The notes beneath the pieces are model-generated. The model saw nothing but the letters and a program-made list of their open reading frames with translations, had not been told where the DNA came from and searched no databases. The translations under genes and the position numbers were made by a program. This document shows positions 56,440-64,000 of a stretch of 64,000 nt of DNA, in pieces. Positions within the stretch are counted from its first letter, which is position 1; the number at the start of each line of letters is the position of its first letter. The stretch comes from Eledone cirrhosa (lineage: Eukaryota): assembly GCA_964016885.1 (NCBI GenBank), contig OZ024755.1, positions 7,874,001 to 7,938,000 of the forward strand. Reading direction: 5' to 3'.

Positions 56440-56858
56440 ATACATATATTCTATATATGTAAGTATGGTATGTATATCTCTACGTGAGTGTGTGCATATG
56501 TGTATATCTATGTACAAAAACATACAGAACTCAAGTAAGCACACATAAGGCCGAAAGGCATACCTCCAAATATATGTTGCAGATTCATAAATGTATGCAA
56601 ACAGATTTATTTAAAGTATATATGTATATATGTAAACATAGATCTATGTGTATATGTGTGTCTATATATTTATATATACATATATATAATGTATATATAT
56701 ATGTACTATATATATATATATATATATACTTATATATATATATAGGCACACAGAAGAAGTTATATATTGAAATGAATAAAAGCATTGAATAAATCTAAAC
56801 TCTACTTTATGCATTGACTACTTTTTCCTTTCATTTTTAATTTCGATTATATGTATGA

Positions 56859-56914
<56 letters not shown>

Positions 56915-57224
56915 TGTTCATATATTCTTCTTCAGCTACTTATTCCTGAGAGGGTCGTGAGGGCAGTGTCCTTAAGCACTCCTTCCAGCGCATCATGGAA
57001 ACAGACGTAAGCAGATGTAAAGGCTCTCTCGTTGTTTCCTTTCCCATAAATGTTTCAGTCTGTTTGACAATAGCATATCAGGTAAGATGATGACGAATTA
57101 ACCAATCAGAGATGTAAAGGTTTCCTCGTTGTTTTATTAATTCATTGCCGAGAAATGGTATAACTTCCTTCAGTTAAAAAGATGAGTATTCCGTCGTTCG
57201 ATCACCTGAATCTCTGACGTGCAA

Positions 57225-57725
57225 TTTTCCGCGTAAATTGTTGAGTGTTCCACGGACATGTAGTTCATTAATGTAATCCTCAGGGGAAAACAACGTGACT
57301 GAAGTTTTGAATTACAAGCACAATTCATTCAAAGGGCTTCCACACAGTTCTCGTCTACCCAATATATCCCACAACATCGATACGAGGATGTGGTAATTGA
57401 TACACTAATTGCTGCGTAAGTTGTTGGTTGTGCCACAGAAACGTAGCCCATTAATATAATCCTCAGGAAGACTCATTTTGGCACACTAGTTGACAAAACT
57501 GAAGTTTTGAACTATTACAAGCACAGTTCATACAACGGGCTCCCACACAGTTCCCGTCTACCCAATATAACCCACAACGTCGATACGCTGATGTGGTAAA
57601 TGATTATTTCCCACGATAACAGGCAGTTATATGATACTTGCCCACGATAGCAGCCAGTTAAATTATCCTTGCCCACTATAACAAGCAGTTAAATTATCCT
57701 TGGTCACGATAACAGGCAGTGATAT
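57225..57725. repeat. ~200-bp tandem duplication followed by four ~31-bp repeats
   Basis: actgaagtttt..attacaagcaca..cacacagttc.cgtctacccaatat twice; cccacgata.cag.cagtt repeated. Confidence 0.75.
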
Positions 57726-58168
57726 CGAACTCCAAACCTTAGGATTGTGAGGTAAATGTCTTAACCACTCCGCTATGTTGTGTTTACAAATGATAAATAA
57801 ATACAAGAGTAGATCATCTATTAATAAAAAGTTAAGTGGGATGATGATTAAGGTCTTTATAAATATATTTGCTGCAACCGATAGCAGATATCTGATACTT
57901 CGATTGGAAGATATAGATTCTGTACTCGAAAGCTAAAAATATTCTAGACATGCATATATATATATATATGCATATATGTGAGTGTTTTTGTATATTATTA
58001 TATGTATATCTATATATCTATATATATATATGTGTGTGTATATATATATATATAATCAAGGTTTAGCAAATAAGAAAAAGTTTCAAAATAAATTTCAAAA
58101 AATTCACTGTACTCACTATGGTTACCTTTACCGAATCGGTTTCGAGTCTCAAAAATAAATGGACAGTC

Positions 58169-58264
<96 letters not shown>

Positions 58265-58348
58265 CAAGTATAAAATTTGTAGAAAAGAAAACATATTACC
58301 ACATGCCTCACTACAAATTTCATACTTGACCAGCCAATAGATATGTGC

Positions 58349-58421
<73 letters not shown>

Positions 58422-58721
58422 CTCTGATATAGTGTCAGATAGAGGTGAATAAATCAGACATTCTAACATTCATAGCGAGGCTACGGAAATGTTTATTTAT
58501 GTGGATATTTCGTATGTGATTCAATATACAACACGTAATTGCGAGTCATTGGTAAAATCTCAACGGAGATGAGCAGCTGTAGGGGTATTGCCATATATAT
58601 GTATGTATATACATGCATGTATGTATATATACATACATATATATATATATATACAAAAAAAAAAAAGAGATATATAAATTAGGTTGTTAACAGTTGAAGA
58701 TCAATATGAATTTGAAACAAA

Positions 58722-58775
<54 letters not shown>

Positions 58776-58801
58776 GTACATATACATACATAAATATATA
58801 T

Positions 58802-58873
<72 letters not shown>

Positions 58874-58972
58874 TTATATATATATATACACACATATATA
58901 TATAGGTATATATATATATATAAACATATTTGTATATATATATATATACACCGACATTTAGACATACATACA

Positions 58973-59019
<47 letters not shown>

Positions 59020-59087
59020 ATATTTGTATATATATACATACATACAGTTATGAATACATATGCGTGTGTATATATATATATATATAT

Positions 59088-59166
<79 letters not shown>

Positions 59167-59719
59167 GGTGTATAGAACGGGGACGGCAATTAGAAGGGAA
59201 ATACAACATTATCTTTGACAGCAATCAATTTACAGATACGAAATTAAATTGTTGATGTTGATATCATCTTTGAAAGTTAACAAAACAGCAGGAAAGACAG
59301 CAGCGGCCATGATGATGTTAGTGTTACTGTTGGGGATGTACATGGTGATGATGGTGATGATGTTGCTGTTACCGTTGGGGGGGGGGGGGTGAGGATGTGG
59401 CTGATAATGTTGGATGATGGTAAATGCAATAAATAAAACATCATCATCAACAACACCACCAACAACTACACCAACAACGACAACACCAACAACAACAACA
59501 ACAACAACAAAAAAAAAAACTCAGGAAATTTATTGATAATGACTTGATGTATAATACCAAGAATAACAATTATATAGAAAATATCGTATATATAAAAATA
59601 TAAATATATTGAACTCGGAAACAATATTACATTAATAAAATATATCGACAAACTTATTATCAATGGCTGTTTTAAAACAGCCACAGAAATCAGCGAAACA
59701 TTTAAGTAGATGAACTCTC

Positions 59720-60270
59720 CCATCAACACCACCATCACCATCACAACCACTACCACTACCACTTCAACCATCACCACCGCGGCCACTACAACCACCACTA
59801 CCACCACCACCATCACCACTTCCTTTCCAGTCATCATGCCCTCCCAAATTATCTTCCACCATCATCACCTCCACCACGGCCACTACAACCACCACCACCA
59901 CCACGGTCACTACAACCACCACCACCACCACTACCACCACCACCACCGAAATCTCTTCCTCTCCAGTCATCCTCTCCTCCCAAATTATCCTCCACCACCA
60001 CCACGGCCACTACAACCACCACTACCACCACGGCCACTACAACCACCACTACCACCACCACCACCACCACCACCACCACCATCATCTCTTCCTCTCCAGT
60101 CATCCTCTCCTCCCAAATTATCCTCCACCACCACCACCACCACCACGGCCACTACAACCACCACCACCACCACTACCACCACCATCATCATCTCTTCCTC
60201 TCCAAGTCATCCTTCCCTCCCAAATTATCCCCCACCTCCTTCCCGTCCTTCTCCACCACCACGACCACTA
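59720..60270. repeat. (CCA)n-rich minisatellite
   Basis: Recurrent ctccagtcatcctctcctcccaaattatcctccaccacc and acggccactacaacc units. Confidence 0.85.
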
Positions 60271-60617
60271 ACAATATTGTCAGGAGAAATCTGTTGTCGT
60301 CTCCAACACACCACGCCAACGTATTGCGCTTTAAAATATATCAAAATCAGAAACTGCTTGATGTGATTAAATCTTAGAAATATTAAGGAAACAAAAACCA
60401 AAAACACAAAACGCCAAACACAAATGATTTGAGATTATAATCTTTGTTATTATTATAACTTTTGAATATCATTTACAAAACGAACTAGGGGGAAAATCAA
60501 AACAGGACAAAAAACAAAAAGCTTCACTACTTTTGGTTTAAGCCATCAATAAAACTACTCTGGACATAAGATGATTGCATTGAACGATAGATTTAATATG
60601 TCTGCAGTATGTATGTT

Positions 60618-60665
<48 letters not shown>

Positions 60666-60700
60666 GTGTGTGTGGTGTATGTGTATAGATATACATATAT

Positions 60701-60745
<45 letters not shown>

Positions 60746-60848
60746 TGTGGCGTGTGTCTGTGTGTGTATGTATATATATATATATTTAAATATATACATA
60801 TGTATATACATATACATATATATATACATACGCACACACACATATATG

Positions 60849-60897
<49 letters not shown>

Positions 60898-61639
60898 AAG
60901 AAAGATGCGAGAGATTCGGAGATACATATATATAATGTGTATATGTCTGTGAGTGTGTCTGTGTATGTATCTGAAGGTGTATATATGTGTGCGTGTGTGT
61001 GTTTGTGTGTAAGCGTGTTTGTGTGTGTGTGGGGGGGGGGGGGCGTGTATGATCGATGTTTTCTCTAAACAGAAAAAAAAAACAACTTATATATCAGATT
61101 TTTCATAATTTCATTGAAGCATATCTCAGCAATAATTTGTGTTGTTCTCTGACAACACGCTAGTGAAAAATGTAAAATCGGGGTAATCAACTGTGAGCGA
61201 TTACTTTAACGATTCCACATAATAAATGCATATTGCTAACTAAGCAAGTATTTAACTCTCCAAAGGCTGTTCGGTGTTCAATTTGAAGTGTATTAAATAT
61301 AGATTGTATGTTTGAACGTGATTATTTTAAAGACGATTATAGGAATGTAACCCTAAGTCGTGTTACCTAAGATCAAATAGAAATATTTTCTATTCCTGAA
61401 ACAAAGGAAAAAATATATTCCTTTTTAAATTTGAAATCTAAATGCAGAGTGTGTGGCACTCCAGTTAATGTCGTTCTCCTTTAATCGTAAGATAGAATTA
61501 TATTGAAAAACATATTTTTATAGAATCGAGATTTTCAAATAATTTGGGGATAAATTCAATAATTCTTCTTAAACCCCAGTTTATTAATGCTTTATATATT
61601 AAAGTGGTTCGTTCATAAAATATAATATGCGACACATAT

Positions 61640-61960
61640 TATAATTGCTTCTACTTTTGGCACAAGGCCAGCAATTACTCCAGTGAATTACTGGTACTTT
61701 ATTTTATCTACTCCGTAAGGATGAAAGGCAAAGTTAACCTCGGCGGAATTTGAACTCAGATCATTAAAGGGCCGTAACTCTATGCTGCAAAGCATGGTGT
61801 CCGACTCTCTACCGATATTAGCAATGCACGCCCATAATAATTGTTTCTACTTTTGACACAAGGCCAGCAATTACCCCAGTGCATTACTGGTACTTTATTT
61901 TATCGACACCGTAAGGACGAAAGGCAAAGTTCATATCCTGCCGAGGTTAACTTTGCCTGT
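61640..61960 (-). mobile_element. Two tandem tRNA-derived SINEs
   Basis: Units ~61640-61832 and ~61835-61960 share diagnostic blocks with 46143; the second ends in a short internal inversion. Confidence 0.78.
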
Positions 61961-61969
61961 TAACATTGG

Positions 61970-62247
61970 ATACCATCAGGGTTGCAGGTGTTATATCAGA
62001 GTTTTCCTTCTCCTAGAATTCTGCCTTGACAAAGGCTAAGGGGTCATCTCTCCCGGTGATTTTGGATGGCCATTGGCTCTTAAGAGCTCCTCTGACAGGT
62101 TTTGTTTTTAGTCCTGCAGGATGTCCAAAGTCACCCTCCTCACCAAGAAACCTTGGCGGGGTTGCCAGTTTAGTCGCCAACGACCCGACCATGAGACAGG
62201 TTGTACTGGGATACATGTTACCAGTAGCACCAACTGGTGACCTGACA
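61970..62247 (-). mobile_element. RTE-like 5'UTR-derived repeat
   Basis: Homologue of 34882; contains ctaggagaaggaaaactctgatata, a motif also seen near 21680. RTE assignment is from recollection of RTE 5'UTRs. Confidence 0.55.
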
Positions 62248-62364
62248 TATACATATATATATATACATATATATACATATATACATACATATATAAAATT
62301 TTATACATACATATATACATATGTGTGTATATATGTATATATATATATATACATACATACAAAT

Positions 62365-62541
62365 ATAACGAAAGAAGTGTGGTAAGGAACCAGGTGGACC
62401 ATAACGCACCAGAGTACTCGATTCTTTGGGTAGTAGAGTGCGTAATAGGAAAAGAGTCAGGACCCCGACGACTGAACTCCGGTCGTTTCGACAGCTAATT
62501 CTGAACGGCCGGACCTCAGCCGTCGGGGTCCTGACTCTTTT

Positions 62542-62545
<4 letters not shown>
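62365..62545. mobile_element. Family B element with terminal fold-back
   Basis: taggaaaagagtcaggaccccgacg...cgtcggggtcctgactcttttccta inverted repeat, then (TA)n. Confidence 0.78.
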
Positions 62546-62611
<66 letters not shown>

Positions 62612-62943
62612 TATCAATGTATATATTTATATCTATAATTAATTTTAATACGCTGAACTCACCGGAATGTTGGTAATAAAATGTTGTTGTTATCAGAAAC
62701 CATATGCTCTTTTCTTCTTTATTTTATATTTGTCCTTGTTGTTGTTGATATTGTTGTAGTTAATAGTGTTTGAAATGCCATTGTTCCTTTGTTTAAATAT
62801 TTCTGCAATCATTTAGAAATAATGAATAGAAGATATAGAGGAGACTATTTTGAACAACATGGGAGTTAATAACTAGGTTAACAATGTGTAACCTACTACA
62901 TCCTACACTTATATATAATACCATCAACAGTATACACCAGAAA

Positions 62944-63248
62944 AACGTGACAACCCATAGAATGTAAAGCATATTCCTAACTACAAACATGGCTGCCGGA
63001 AAGCCGTTAAAGAGGCTACATATAGGAAACCCTCCAATAATATTCAATAAGTCAAACAACAAAACCTCAACAACCCTAAACTAGCCAAAACACGTGGCAA
63101 CCCATGGAATGTGATGCACCTCTCTATATATCTCTAACTACAAACATGACTGCCTGAAAGCTGTTAAAGTTTCCACATATATGAAACCCTCCAATAATAT
63201 TCAATAAGTCAATCAACAAAACCCCAACAACCCTAAACTAGCCAAAAA
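62944..63248. repeat. Tandem duplication of a ~150-bp unit
   Basis: acgtg.caacccat.gaatgt...aaccctccaataatattcaataagtcaa...aaccctaaactagccaaaa occurs twice. Confidence 0.85.
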
Positions 63249-63275
63249 TTCACCACACAAAATACACTCACCACC

Positions 63276-63490
63276 ATAGGCGCTGAGCTGGCCAGTCGTA
63301 GGTGTGAGCCTGGCGAGCTGGAATGGCTTTTCCAGCGCGTCTCCCATGCCGTCCACCGGGGAGACGTCTTCTCCATTCTGTCCACCGGGGCTGTGGGGGT
63401 AGGGGGGGGGGGGCACCAATATGATTGACTGACCTGTCATTTTATCAGTCAGATGTTGATACCAATTAGACACCGATTTTAATATAATAA
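63276..63490 (+). mobile_element. 3' remnant of a CRE-clade (restriction-like endonuclease) LINE
   Basis: GC-rich island translating IGAELASRRCEPGELEWLFQRVSHAVHRGDVFSILSTG, resembling the CRE C-terminal consensus (LFQRLS.A.QRGN..IL.T). Confidence 0.65.
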
Positions 63491-64000
63491 CCCAGTTAAA
63501 TGATATTTGAATTTAGCGAGTAGGTAGTCCGGTTGATCGAACAACTGAATGCTCATCATTGAAACAGACGGAGGATCTATCAATATCAGAAACATTAACA
63601 CAAATATTGTATCCTACATCACCGTATATTTTGTTCTAGCTTTCACTAGTGTGGTAGCAGCATTAGAAATATTAACAATCATTTAAACACATGGAGGTAT
63701 TTACTATAGAGACTTATGTGAATATACTGCAGTAGAAATATTTCATTAATTGTTTACTATATATCAAATTCTTTGCGTTATACCCCCAATAAGCCCCACT
63801 TTCTTCCCTGTTTTTCTTCACTTGGCACCATAGTGGTCGCCCGCTGGGGAGATGGTGACATGGCACATATCTTCTCTTCAATCGATTAGTTGTCTACACT
63901 CATAAGCACACATATTTACACACACACAATAAATAAATATATATATATGTAAATATATATATATATATACATCTCTCTCTCTATATATATATATACATCT

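Noticed and set aside
59710-60366. 218-aa Thr/His/Pro-rich ORF
   Set aside because: (CCA)n minisatellite open in several frames; no domain or splice support.

Overview
Eukaryotic, AT-rich, microsatellite-saturated genomic DNA. The SINE families and (TA)n/(CA)n/(GATA)n density suggest a coleoid cephalopod (octopus); this is inferred from repeat content only. Most ORFs in the supplied track are microsatellite artefacts. Real coding content: (1) three coding exons of a PRDM8-family PR/SET + zinc-finger gene on + (46541-52572); (2) an apparently intact ~5.7 kb L1/Tx1-type LINE on - (ORF1 with CCHC knuckle, ORF2 APE-RT-Zn), plus a 5'-truncated relative, both joined at their 3' ends to GATA-type repeats; (3) small RTE and CRE LINE 3' remnants. 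There are many tRNA-derived SINEs and Tc1/mariner-type MITEs. The most notable hidden structure: many short islands between (TA)n tracts are hammerhead-ribozyme (HHR)-bearing mini-elements. They belong to several unrelated families that share a Penelope-like inverted (fold-back) architecture. Six cores look intact, one family shows compensatory stem changes, and one core lies sense in a PRDM8 intron. Local inverted duplications anchored on (TA)n tracts also recur. All folds and alignments were done by eye; repeat boundaries are approximate.
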